Below, one piece after another: positions 27,046 to 39,745 of a stretch of DNA of 64,000 nt (the first letter of the stretch is position 1; every line of letters starts with the position of its first letter). The stretch is from positions 2,914,001 to 2,978,000 of the forward strand of contig CATNEN010000024.1 in assembly GCA_950097015.1 (NCBI GenBank), written 5' to 3'. A program made the translations under genes and the position numbers. The notes under the pieces were generated by a model. It had not been told where the DNA came from. It saw only the letters and a list, made by a program, of their open reading frames with translations, and ran no database searches. The stretch is from Macrostomum hystrix. Lineage: Eukaryota > Animalia > Platyhelminthes.

Positions 27046-30000
27046 ATGTCGGACCGGCAGCAGCTAATCGAGGACCTCCAGCGCCAGGTTGAGGAGCTGC
27101 GCGCCGAGGTTCGCGCCAAGGACCGGCGCATCGCAGAGCTGGCCTCCCAGCTGGACAAGTACCAGTCCGTGTTCCGCAGCGGGGGCTCGCCAGTGCACGG
27201 CCATCAGTGCCGGCGCAATCGAGGCCTGGGCATCTCGGCTGAGCCACAGAATGAGGACACACTGGCCCTCATGCCGGAGGGCAAGACGCACGTCAAGGAT
27301 GACCAGTGAGTCCTGATAACACTGTTAAGGATTAGAAATTTCATCAACTAGAATGTGCCTGAGTCTGTTTTGATCCGCACTATCTGTTCTGACATCCTAC
27401 AGTTTCCCCTGACACCCGTCAGTAATTTCTGAAGTCTCCATTGACTCCCGAAAGTCTCCACTGAGACACTGAAGTCTCAAGGTCTGTACTGATTCCCCCA
27501 AACTCTCCACTGACACCCCAAAGTCTCCACTGACACCACAAAGTCCTCCCAGACACTTCACATGATTCTCCGAAGGCAAAGTGTATTTCTGTAAGTAAAA
27601 CGACGAATTTGTATTTCGACGCTCAACTAAACTACTTACGTCAGTAGGAAGAAACGACCATGACTTTTTTCCTGCAAAATTAAAGAAATTTTTATAATAT
27701 ATTATATTCCATTTCCAATTTCTTTTACACCTCGTTTACAAAATTTATTTTAAAAAACATTCACAAAGATTTTTCACAGTCTTTCTATTGCCATGAACTT
27801 CCAAATTATAATTTCGATTGAGTGTTAAAGTGATCGTCCTGTGACAAGTCTTGTCGGAATTCCTGCTTCGAGTCTCGCCTTGAGCAATTAAATGGCATCC
27901 GGCAATGGTGAAAATCCTGTTTCACCAAGTGAAGGAGACGTTGAGAGAGAATTAGATAAGAAGGGTGGGCAATGGGTACTGATTGCTCAGGCCTTAAGCA
28001 TCAAATTCACCTCGTGCCATGCGCCCGCCCAAACCACACTCGCCCGCTCGAACTGATGGGCCTGAACAATCCCATAAGTGAGATACGAGCTGTCGGGCCG
28101 AGGGGACTTTGCTCTCTTTTCAGTCGGGCGCAAGCTGCTCAGTATCCGCTGCTCACTCTCTCTCCACTCGCCCCGCCTCCATAGGAGGAGCTGAGCTAAC
28201 TGGATGGGGGAGCAGGTTGGGGCGTGGGCGCGGCTGAGAAAAGCATCGGCTCCACACTTCGATAGAGAGGCCGATCAGAGGTGAAAGCAGACCAGCTGGC
28301 AGCACGGCGTCTCTCTATCAAGCTTCATGGGTACTCTGCGCGAGCTTCAGTTCGCGCTGCAGCTCAAGCTTCAGGAGCTTCAGCAGCGAGACCGCCTGAT
28401 AGACGACCTGGAGTCCGAGCTGGACGCTCGAGAGTGCCTCATCGAGAGGATGCAGGAGCAGATTGAGCGGCTGCAGTCGCTGCTTGAGCGCTGCCGGCCG
28501 GACCTCAGCCCGCCGAGGTTGTCAGCGGCGGCCGCGCCAGCCGCTTGGTGGCGCCGGGCCCAGCCGATTCGTATGAAGCGAACGGCTGTTAGCAGCGAGT
28601 CCACGGCTGACATTGCCAGCCACCTGCTTGTTAGGAGAGCCCAGAAGGCGAGCGCCAGGTGAGATGGTGCGGTGCTGTAGCTTGAAGGACGGCCTTCGAA
28701 ATCGCCTTCGAGTCTCGTTCGCTTCAGGAGTAATGCTTTGATTGCTTTCTGATGACAGAACATTGTAGACTGTCTCAAAACATCTCTGAGAATTTGACAA
28801 TGAGGACTTTCTCAAAGCAGCTTACATAGCAGGCAGGCCATTCTCAAGCAGGACTGTCTTAGAACATCTCACAGAATCTTTAGAACAATCTTTAGGTCAT
28901 TGTGGACTGTCTCAAGACACCTCACTAAACAAGTGGTTGTTGATTATCTGAAAGCATCAAAGCATGACAATAATTTTCTAGAACTCGGGAAGTGATCAAG
29001 CGAGCCATCCTGGAGAACGCATTCATGAAGAATCTTGAAAATGGCCAAATCTGTGAAATTATTGACTACATGTACCCAATGTCGCACAACACTGGTGCTC
29101 TGATCATTAAGTTGGGCGAGGTCGGCTCTCTGGTTTATGTCATGGAGGGTGAGTCATTCCCGACATTGAAGTCAAATCTCAACTCGCACCACACTCTGTT
29201 TCAGATCTGTTGTATCTGTTGTTTCAATCTCTTTCAGAGGGCAAAGCGGAAGTGACCAACACAAAGGACGAGAAAATTAACGAGATCGGACCATGCACAG
29301 TGTTCGGCGAGCTGGCCATTCTTTATAATTGCAAACGGACGGCCACTGTGAAAGGTGGGTATCGAGGGTTCAGGTTTAGGATACTCTTCTGAAATTTAGG
29401 GTACTTTTGAGTACACATTTAGGGATAGGTGAGTGGACAGATGAGGTACCGAGAGGACAGATGAGGTAACGAGAGTACACGTGAGGCACCGAGAGTACAT
29501 GTGAGGCACCGAGTGGACAGGTGAGGTACCGAGTGGACAGGTGAGGTACCGAGTGGACAGATGAGGTACCGAGTGGACAGGTGAGGTACCGAGTGGACAG
29601 GTGAGGTACCGAGTGGACAGGTGAGGTACCGAGTGGACAGGTGAGGTACCGAGTGGACAGGTGAGGTACCGAGTGGACAGATGAGGTACCGAGTGGACAG
29701 ATGAGGTACCGAGTGGACAGGTGAGGTACCGAGTGGACAGATGAGGTACCGAGTGGACAGATGAGGTACCGAGTGGACAGATGAGGTACCGAGTGGACAG
29801 GTGAGGTACCGAGTGGACAGGTGAGGTACCGAGTGGACAGATGAGGTACCGAGTGGACAGATGAGGTACCGAGTGGACAGATGAGGTACCGAGTGGACAG
29901 ATGAGGTACCGAGTGGACAGGTGAGGTACCGAGTGGACAGATGAGGTACCGAGTGGACAGGTGAGGTACCGAGTGGACAGGTGAGGTACCGAGTGGACAG

Positions 30001-33000
30001 GTGAGGTACCGAGAGGACAGATGAGGTACCGAGAGTACATGTGAGGCACCGAGAGGACAGGTCAGGTACCGAGAAGGCAGGTGATGCTGCCAAGGCACTT
30101 GGTCATGCGGTTATCATAGCATATTTTGCTGTCTTCCCTGTCCAAATCCATTTTCAGCTACCACCAATTGCAAATTGTGGGCCATCGATCGGCAGACCTT
30201 TCAGTCCATCATGATGAAAACTGGCATGTTGAAGCAGAAGGAGTACATAGACTTTCTCAGCAGGTTCGTGATTGAAACCCATTCAAATTTATCATCAAGT
30301 TTTTACTCGAACTTAACTAAAAAGTAACAATTCCCTCAGCGTCCCGGCCTTCAAGGAGCTCCCCGATGAGACTTTGAGCAAACTGGCCGACGTGCTCGAG
30401 ACTGACCACTACCCTGATGGCGAGTACATCATCCGGCAGGGTGCCAAGGGCAACACTTTCTACATCATCGCCAAGGGCACCGTCCGGGTGACGAAACGGG
30501 ACTCGGCCACGGGGGAGACAGTTTTCCTGCGCAACATGAGCAGGGGCGACTGGTTCGGCGAGAAAGCCCTGAGCGAGTGAGATAGTTCTTGAGCACATTC
30601 GTCCTAATTTTTCGACAAAAAAGTAAAAATATTAAAACAAAAAACCTCGGAACCTTTCCCGCAGCGAGGATGTGCGAACCGCGAATATCATTGTGGAAGA
30701 TGCTGAGGGAGTTGACTGTCTGGTGCTGACTCGAGAGTGAGTGTCCGGGATGTGCGACAGACTACTGAGGAAGGGCTGATGGGGGAAGATGAGGGGTAGA
30801 ATGATGGCCAGATAGTGGAAGATGAGGGGTAGAATGATGGCCAGATAGTGGAAGATGAGGGGTAGAATGATAGGCAGATAGTGGAAGATAAGGCGTAGAA
30901 TGATAGGCCGATTGGGAAAGATGATGGGTAGAATGAAGGTTAATTAGGGGAAATGAGAGGAAGAACTAAAGAAGTAGTTTGTCTGCAATCATCAAAAAAC
31001 ATCCCCTGCGTCAAAACCTGCAGATCTTACAAGCAACTCATTGGGGATCTGATCATCCTCGAACGAAAATACTCAGACGAAGTGGCTCCGAAGTGAGTTG
31101 CGTGACAGCTTTTTGCTTTTTTTCGCTGAGAATCCAGATGCAAAATTGACTGTTTCAATCTGGCTGGTGACTAGACTAACTGGCCTCAGATTAATTTGAT
31201 AGACATGTTAACAGAGATGTTTCAATAGCCCCAAGAGGATTAACTTAGCGGCTGAGATTATAGCAAGAAAGCAGATCAATTTGGTGGGCGAGTGGAAGAC
31301 CGGTCAACGTTTGCCTCTCGCACCAAGGTCCCTGAGCTCGATTCCGCGGCGAGGCCACATTCATTTGGGGCGCAGCCGCGGAGAGAAGGCTTGGGGGCTT
31401 GTCGTGCAATTTACGCCCTTTAGGGCCAACCTCCAAGGCACAGTGAAGTGTACAGTGCCTGACGATGAGAAAGTCAGGGCAGGTGTACACACCTGTGGGA
31501 ACGTATTTCACGCGCGGCGGCCCTCGGCCCTCCTGCAGTTATTGTTTTTATATAATAAAAATAAATGATTCAATTTTAATGTCAATCTGAGAATATATCT
31601 GTTAACCTCACTTCAAAATAGAGCTCACTGAGGCGTTGTGGCTCACTTGATAATAAAACACAGAATTTTTTGCAGCCGAACTGTGGGATATGACACATTG
31701 AGCACAAACTCAAACAGGTGTGTACATCTGCCCTGCATCTCTCACGGTCAGGCAGTGTAAATTCCTGTGGTGCCTTGGGGTTGACCCTCAAGCCTTCTTT
31801 CCACGGCTGGGCTCCAAATGAATGTTGTCTCGCCTCGGAATCGAGCTCGGGACCTTGGTGCGAGAGGCAAACGCGCTTCCTTAATTATGCCTTTTTACGT
31901 AGAAAATAATATATTTTTGTTAAATCGCTTTTGTATTGTGGTTGAAGAGGTTGTAGCCTAGTGGTTAGAGCGTCGGACGCACGACTTAAAGGTCCGGGGT
32001 TCGATTCCTGACTCCACTGCAACAGTTTGTGTCCTTTTTTGCAAGACACTAAACTCAGCATTGCTTCAGTTCACCCAGCTGTTAAATGGGTGCCAGCATC
32101 AGCTGGGGTAATTGAAGGTGGGTGTGGCTTCTCCCCAGTCCATGGACTGAAAAGCTGTACGCAGCCTTCAGATGCGCCGCGCAATAGCTGCGGCTGTGCA
32201 TCAGGCCCGATCGGGGCAGGTGTAATCAGTTATTCTTATTTTATTGATATGAAAATAATTTCAGACGCAGCGAAGAATTCCGCAACCTGGCGCTGAGGGA
32301 CCTGACCATTGTGGCCACGCTCGGCGTGGGTGGCTTCGGCCGCGTCGAACTGGTAAAGTCAACTCAAACTTAATGATGAGAATGCATTAACAGTAAAAAG
32401 TCCATGGGGATATTTTAAAACCCACATTTTCCCTTTTTTCTGCATCTCCCAAAATATTCAACCGATCGCCATGAAAATCCTGAAAACAGGCTAAAATTTT
32501 CCGCTTTATCCCATGAAACGACATCCAGAATCGAAAGACATCGTTATTGTCGAGATATTCAACGATTCTCGTCGGGTGTATACGAGAATTTCTCGAGAAT
32601 GCTTTCTTATGCTCAGATGCTGAAAATGCAGTATTGCAGAATGCAGTAGTCCAAAAGTGATGAGTTCGGTTAATATTTTACATTTTTTCCTAAAGTCGAT
32701 AGTACAGCGTCCTTATAACTTAGTACTCCTTACTGTCAGTACATCGATAATTATCTCCATATGGCCCAACCAACCTTTGACTATCCCAGCAACTAGCTCA
32801 TCCACTAATTACCAGGTAGCATCACAAAGGCTCCGCCTAAGATATTAGTTCATCAGAAAGCATTACTATGGCACTTAGGGTAATTTTAGTGTCAGAAAAA
32901 GACGATGAGAAGGAAGGAAGCAGCAATGAACAATGAGCAATGAGTGCTCAATCCGGACTCACGTTGACTCACAAACCCAACAGGTGCGAATCAATAATGA

Positions 33001-36000
33001 CAACAATCGCAGCTTTGCTTTGAAGCAATTGAGAAAGCAGCACATTGTGGAGACCCGGCAGCAGGAGCACGTTATGAATGAGCGATCCATCCTGGCTGAT
33101 AGCAACTGCGACTTCATCGTCAAGTAGGTCCCAGTTCCACCAGCTGCTGGCTGACTGGACTAACCAGAGACTCCTCCAACTTACGTCTTCTCATCCGTTG
33201 AATTGCAGGCTGTACAAAACATTCAAGGATAAGAAGTTTCTCTACATGCTGATTGAGTGCTGCCTTGGCGGAGAGCTCTGGACTGTGCTCAGGGACAAGT
33301 GAGTCTACGTTATCCTATTCCTCCCATTCACATCCAAATCCTCCCATTTTCGTCCTATTCCCCCAGTCTCATCCTATTCCTCCTAGTCACTTCCTATTCC
33401 TACCAGTCACTTCCTATTCCTGCCAGTCACTTCCTATTCCTACCAGTCCCTTCCTATTCCTCCCATTCACATCCAAATCCTCCCATTTTCGTCCTATTCC
33501 CCCAGTCTCATCCTATTCCTACCAGTCACTTCCTATTCCTACCAGTCACTTCCTATTCCTACCAGTCACTTCCTATTCCTACCAGTCACTTCCTATTCCT
33601 ACCAGTCACTTCCTATTCCTCCCAGTCACTTCCTATTCCTCCCAGTCACTTCCTATTCCTCCCAGTCACTTCCTATTCCTCCCAGTCACTTCCTATTCCT
33701 CCCAGTCACGTCCTATTCCCCCAGTCTCATCCTATTCCTACCAGTCACTTCCTATTCCTACCAGTCACTTCCTATTCCTACCAGTCACTTCCTATTCCTA
33801 CCAGTCACTTCCTATTCCTCCCAGTCACTTCCTATTCCTCCCAGTCACTTCCTATTCGTCCCAGTCACTTCCTATTCCTCCCAGTCACTTCCTATTCCTC
33901 CCAGTCACTTCCTATTCCTCCCAGTCACGTCCTATCCCCCAGTCTCATCATTTTCCCCTCGGTCTCATCCTACATCCCCAGTCTAATCTCATGCCCTCGC
34001 AGTCTCCAGCTTGCAGTTGTTTAAGCGCAGCTTTCATATGCTTTGTTGCCTGTTTTCTTCAGCTAAAAAGTCATGCTTTCTCCATTCTCTCGCCTCAATC
34101 CTTCTATATTCCTGGCAGAATATTTTCTGCAATAGCACTTCAACTTGATCGCTGGAATTATTTTCTTGCATCTTCTTTACGGTATGTAAAAGTACATTTC
34201 AGCGTTTCGGCACTGTGGGTGTTAGGCATTAGGATAAGAAGCGAAATATTTTGACAAATTGGCCTATTTAGCTCGGCTGGGCCATCTCAAATGGGCGTAT
34301 AACAAATAATGTATTATTCTTTTTCTAACGCTTGACCTGTAAAACAGCAGCAACTCATGAGTAGACATCGATGTTCTTTGTCCGTAAGGTGAAAAGGAGT
34401 TCTCAAACGCATAGGGCAGTCGGTTGAGCACACTTCATTACCGAGTCAAGAGCTCCTTGCAAAGACTGAGAATTGAAGGGCCAGCTTTCGCTTGAGAAAA
34501 GACAGTTTTAAAGGGCCAGGGTTCTTTAAAGTGCTTTGATGCTCATATGTGCTCGTAAATGAAATGCAGAAGCAAATTTGCGTATCGAAATAAGGATGGA
34601 AACTCATAGATGAAGGTGAGAGATATGGAGGTGGAGGGAGATGTAGGTGGATGTGGGGCAGATGTAGGTGGATGTGGAGGGAGATGTAGGTGGATGTGGA
34701 GGCAGATGTAGGTGGATGTGGAGGGAGATGTAGGTGGATGTGGAGGCAGATTTAGGTTGATGTGGAGGGAGATGTAGGAGGATGTGGTGGCAGATGTAGG
34801 TGGATGTGGTGGCAGATGTAGGAGGATGTGGTGGCAGATGTAGGTGGATGTGGTGGCAGATGTAGGTGGATGTGGTGGCAGATGTAGGAGGATGTGGAGG
34901 GAGATGTAGGTGGATGTGGAGGCAGATGTAGGAGGATGTGGAGGCAGATGTAGGTGGATGTGGAGGCAGATGTAGGAGGATGTGGAGGGAGATGTAGGTG
35001 GAGGTGGAGGCAGATGTAGGTGGATGTCGAGGGAGATGTAGGAGGATGTGGAGGCAGATGTAGGTGGATGTGGTGGCAGATGTAGGAGGATGTGGAGGCA
35101 GATGTAGGTGGATGTGAGGCAGATGTAGGTGGATATGAGGCAGATGTAGGTGGATGTCGAGGGAGATGTAGGAGGATGTGGAGGCAGATGTAGGTGGATG
35201 TGGAGGGAGATGTAGGTGGATATGGGGCAGATGTAGGTGGATGTGGAGGGAGATGTAGGTGGATGTGGTGGCAGATGTAGGTGAATGTGGTGGCAGATGT
35301 AGGTTAGGTGGATGTGGTGGCAGATGTAGGTGGATGTGGTGGCAGATGTAGGTGGATGTGGTGGCAGATGTAGGTGGATGTGGTGGCAGATGTAGGTGGA
35401 TGTGGTGGCAGATGTAGGTGGATGTGGAGGCAGATGTAGGTGGATGTGGAGGCAGATGTAGGTGGATGTGGTGGGAGATGCAGGTGGAGGGGGAGAGTGA
35501 GTGCCCAGCTAGCCAGGCTTTAGCTTCAATAAATTTCTATATCAAGCAATCTTCTGGCAGGCAAGATTGATTGGCTAAATTGATAGGGCAAACCTCGATT
35601 TTGTATTTGAAATACAAATATCTGTTTCTGGACAGATATCAAATTGTACCTATACGCGCTCGTACTTTTGAAGCTTCGTTTTACTGCTCTTCTCCAACAT
35701 TTTCTCAGCAATTCCAGTTCTTGATTTCAGACGTTTCCCTTCTCAGTCCCTGATCTCAGACATTTTCCATCCCAGTCCCTGATCTCAGATATTTCCCATC
35801 CCAGTCCCTGATCTCAGATATTTCCCATCCCAGTCCCTGATCTCAGACATTTTCCATCCCAGTCCCTGATCTCAGACATTTTCCATCCCAGTCCCTGATC
35901 TCAGACATTTTCCATCCCAGTCCCTGATCTCAGACATTTCCCTTCCCAGTCCCTGATCTCAGACATTTTCCATCCCAGTCCCTGATCTCAGAGATTTCCC

Positions 36001-39000
36001 TTCCCAGTCCCTGATCTCAGATATTTCCCATCCCAGTCCCTGATCTCAGACATTTTCCATCCCAGTCCCTGATCTCAGACATTTCCCATCCCAGTCCCTG
36101 ATCTCAGACATTTCCCATCCCAGTCCCTGATCTCAGACATTTTCCATCCCAGTCCCTGATCTCAGACATTTCCCATCCCAGTCTATGATCTTGAAAATTT
36201 CCATCCCAGTCCCTGATCTCAGACATTTTCCATCCCAGTCCCTGATCTCAGACATTTCCCATCCCAGTCCCTGATCTCAGACATTTTCCATCCCAGTCCC
36301 TGATCTCAGACATTTTCCATCCCAGTCCCTGATCTCAGACATTTCCCTTCCCAGTCCCTGATCTCAGAGATTTCCCATCCCAGTCCCTGATCTCAGAGAT
36401 TTCCCATCCCAGTCCCTGATCTCAGAGATTTCCCTTCCCAGTTCCTGATCTCAGATATTTCCCATCCCAGTCCCTGATCTCAGACATTTTCCATCCCAGT
36501 CCCTGATCTCAGACATTTCCCATCCCAGTCCCTGATCTCAGACATTTTCCATCCCAGTCCCTGATCTCAGACATTTCCCATCCCAGTCCCTGATCTCAGA
36601 GATTTCCCTTCCCAGTTCCTGATCTCAGATATTTCCCATCCCAGTCCCTGATCTCAGACATTTTCCATCCCAGTCCCTGATCTCAGACATTTCCCATCCC
36701 AGTCCCTGATCTCAGACATTTTCCATCCCAGTCCCGGATCTCAGACATTTCCCATCCCAGTCCCTGATCTCAGACATTTCCCATCCCAGTCCCTGATCTC
36801 AGACATTTCCCATCCCAGTCCCGGATCTCAGACATTTTCCATCCCAGTCCCTGATCTTGAAAATTTCCTATCCCAGTCTTTCATCGAAGAGGATTCACAG
36901 CACTGTACTCAATGCTCCGATGCAAAAATGCAACAAAGCAAAAATGCTTTGCCTCAGGTTGGAATTGGCTTTGATACACATCCTTTGAATTTCAGTTTCT
37001 TTGCCTTCCATTGAATTTGCCCAACGTGAGACAATGGACTGAAAAGAAAAATACATGAGTAGGGATAATGTTTTAACAGTGAATGCCACTGGCTTATGGT
37101 TTTATTATTGGTCTGTTTTAAGCACAGAGTGTGCGAAAATTACTTTTATAATAATACGCCCGTAATCGCGAATTATTAAATTCAAATTCTAATTTATCGA
37201 TCCATTTAAAGTCCTTGAGTTCTAGCCTTGTGCCTCTTACCTCTAAGCTGCACTCACTCCATAAATCACATTCCCTACATCTCTCACCTTACATCTCTGA
37301 CCCTCTAAATCACAATCCCCGCATCTCTCTCAATACATCTCTCACCATCTAAACACCACTCTGCCTACATCTGTCTCCCTGCCGCTGCTCACTCATATTC
37401 CGCCGCCGTCTCCGCACTTCAAGAGGTCACTTCGACGACACTATGACCCGATTCTATGTCGGCTGCGTAGTGGAAGCCTTGAGCTACCTGCACCGTCGCG
37501 GTGTTGTCTATCGCGATCTGAAGCCGGAGAACCTGCTGTTGGATTCCAGCGGCTACTGCAAGCTCACCGACTTCGGCTTCGCTAAGCGCATTGGCTTCGG
37601 CAAGAAGACGTGGACATTTTGCGGCACCCCGGAGTACGTGCCGCCGGAGGTTATTCTCAACAAGGGCCACGACCTGTCAGCCGACTACTGGTCACTGGGT
37701 GTGCTCATCTTCGAGCTGCTGACAGGAACGCCGCCCTTTGTAGCCTCAGATCCGATGAAGACCTACAACATCATTCTCAAGGGAATCGATGCAGTCGACT
37801 TTCCGCGACGAGTCGGCCGGAACGCGCAGAACCTCATCAAGAAGCTGTGCCGGTTAGTGAAATGCACAAATGGCGTCGGACTCTCAACCACAAAAGATCT
37901 GGTCTTCCGGAGAGACAGAAGCGTCGAGAGAAGACCCGTAGTTTTCAGTTCGAAAAAAGGTTTACGCCCATGAGGATCTAGGTGTAGAATTAGGAAATGT
38001 ACGAGCTCGTATATACACTCAGAAAGATATTAAACCGCACACCAGAGCGAGACCTGACTTTTAGCTACCCATGCAATGTCTCAACAGTTGCGCTTTGACC
38101 AATTTTTACCCGCGCACGGGTTCGAATCGATGGCTGGAGGGACAAGCAGCAGTGATTGCTGCGCAAGCACAGTGTGTGAATAAAAGTACCTGACTGAGTG
38201 GCTGACTGAGTGGCAGCGCTGACTTCCAGTATCCCACGAGTGTGCCGTTTAACATGTTTCTGAGTATAAATGCGTCACTTATCTACCCGCCTCAGAGACA
38301 GCCCGTCAGAGCGTCTGGGATTTGGTCGCAGCGGAGTCATCGAGGTGGCCAATCACATCTGGTTCGAGGGCTTCAACTGGACCGGCATGAAGTCGAGGAC
38401 CCTCACTCCGCCGTTTGTGCCCAAGGTGAGGATTTCGTGTTGGTAGTGACTTCACAAAATAAATTGAGTCTTCGCAGTAAGAGCCAGTGTTAACGGCACT
38501 GAACGAACCAAAAGGCCGAAGCACTCTAGGTCAAGAATCTATCATATTAACAAAGAGATAAGGAGGGTGCAGAAAAGTAACACGACTAAGGACTGGCCAG
38601 AGGGTAAGAGCTGAAAAGGAGGGATAAGGGAAAGAGAGACGGACAGCTAGCCAATCAGAGACGAGGGGGAGGAAAGAGAAGTGAAGGTTAGACAAGTAGT
38701 TAAAGCAGATAGAGGGAGAGAGGAGCAAGTACAATAAGAGGGCGCGCGAGCGTAAACAAACACAGAGAGAAGGGAGAAGTTATAACACGTGTCCTTGAGC
38801 CAGACACTTGGTTCCAGATTTTTCAAATTCATCTCTACAAAATTCTTGTCTGCAAAGGGGTCTGCAGGGGCCTGCCCAGAATGTCGTGTGCTTAAAAGTA
38901 AAAATTGGAATGGGCAAAATTGCCTCCTCTCTGGCTGCGGGTCTACTGTCACCTAATGATGTGTCACTGCCCACAGCCGTCCTGCTAACATTATTTTATT

Positions 39001-39174
39001 TTTACATGTATCTATCTCAGCGCGAATGAGTGCACCTCTCATCATGCAAGCCGTCTGAAACTCGCCCTGTTCGTGCAGATCTCGTCTCCAGTGGACGCCA
39101 GCAACTTTGACGACTATCCTCCAGAGGCGGAGCAGCCGCCCGATGACGTCACTGGCTGGGACAAAGACTTCTGA
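27046..39174 (+). CDS. PRKG1: cGMP-dependent protein kinase type I (PKG; PRKG1/egl-4/foraging family), isoform using first exon 1a (~666 aa)
   Basis: Exon 1a is 27046-27305. Common exons: 28982-29148, 29238-29354, 30158-30263, 30340-30576, 30665-30736, 31024-31092, 32265-32352, 32984-33123, 33209-33298, 37424-37852, 38296-38425, 39079-39174. All are GT-AG and in phase (2001 nt). Two cNMP-binding domains ([16 protein letters not shown]; WFGEKAL..VRTANI), kinase motifs [35 protein letters not shown], and the AGC C-terminus NFDDYP..GWDKDF*. AATAAA lies at ~39343. Confidence 0.95.
28327..28658 (+). CDS. PRKG1: Alternative first coding exon 1b of PKG (PKG-Ibeta-like leucine zipper plus autoinhibitory segment; isoform ~690 aa)
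   Basis: [33 protein letters not shown] closely matches the human PKG-Ibeta N-terminus [33 protein letters not shown]. It ends AG|GTGAGA (phase 2), in frame with the common exon at 28982. Confidence 0.88.
29430..30080. repeat. Intronic minisatellite (PKG), 20-bp unit GTGAGGTACCGAGTGGACAG
   Basis: Directly visible array between exons 29354 and 30158. Confidence 0.97.
31285..31560 (+). mobile_element. SINE family A copy (internally shortened), PKG intron
   Basis: Same head and body as 16775-17125. Confidence 0.85.
31715..31880 (-). mobile_element. SINE family A copy, degenerate, inverted
   Basis: The reverse complement contains GCGTTTGCCTCTCGCACCAAGGTCCCGAGCTCGATTCC and GCAGGGCAGATGTACACACCTGT. 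Confidence 0.75.
31950..32210 (+). mobile_element. tRNA-derived CORE-type SINE, family B
   Basis: Has A box TAGCCTAGTGG and B box GGTTCGATTCC, then GCAAGACACT..GCTTCAGTTCACCCAGCTGTTAAATGGG resembling the MIR/CORE domain. A second copy is at 39495. Confidence 0.8.
32405..32600. mobile_element. Family C left-arm fragment, PKG intron
   Basis: ATCTCCCAAAATATTCAACCGATCGCCATGAAAATC..TCGAGATATTCAACGATTCTCGTCGGG matches 47140-47280. Confidence 0.7.
33310..33960. repeat. Intronic minisatellite (PKG), 20-bp unit CCAGTCACTTCCTATTCCTA
   Basis: Starts right after the donor at 33299. Confidence 0.96.
34620..35490. repeat. Intronic minisatellite (PKG), 22-bp unit GATGTAGGTGGATGTGGAGGCA
   Basis: Directly visible array. 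Confidence 0.96.
35740..36880. repeat. Intronic minisatellite (PKG), 29-bp unit CAGACATTTCCCATCCCAGTCCCTGATCT
   Basis: Directly visible array. Confidence 0.96.
38855..39000 (+). mobile_element. SINE family A 3' fragment
   Basis: AATTGCCTCCTCTCTGGCTGCGGGTCTACTGTCACCTAATGATGTGTCACTGCCCACAGCC matches the family 3' end. Confidence 0.75.
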
Positions 39175-39494
39175 GAACATCGCAAATCAAACTCAACAAA
39201 GATAAGAAGGACAAATATTCAGACTCAACTAATATTCTAAGACATTTGTTCTGTCTTTGATTTCTCGTGCATGTAAAAAAATTGAGACGCTGCGAATCAT
39301 CCCCGCATAAATGTAGCTCCCATCGCGCTTTGATTAGGCTTAATAAATAAAGAGATCTGCAAGATTGGAATAGAAATTATGTAGAGCTATTATGAAAACT
39401 GGCGTGAGCGTTCAGCATTTTAACTATCTTATGGATTGGTTGATCTGAAGTAGTCTGTATTGGCTAGTGATTGAGTACATAAAGCCAGCTTTTA

Positions 39495-39745
39495 GCCTTG
39501 TGATTAGAGCGTCGGACTCACGACTTGAAGGTCGGGGGTTCGATTCCTGACTCCACTGGAGCAATTTGTGTCCCTTAGCAAGACACTTAACTCTGCATTG
39601 CTTCAGTTCACCCAGCTGTTAAATGGGTACCAGCATCAGCTGGAATAATTGAAGGTGGGTGTGGCGTCCCCACAGTCCATGGACTGAATAGCCGTACGCA
39701 GCCTTCAGATGCGCCGCGCAATAGCTGCGGCTGTGCTGTCGGCTG
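39495..39745 (+). mobile_element. CORE-type SINE family B copy, between the PKG and Slo 3' ends
   Basis: Near-identical to 31950-32210. Confidence 0.82.

Noticed and set aside
31950-32030. tRNA gene
   Set aside because: It has A/B boxes, but the anticodon stem pairs poorly and the sequence continues into a CORE-like SINE body repeated at 39495.
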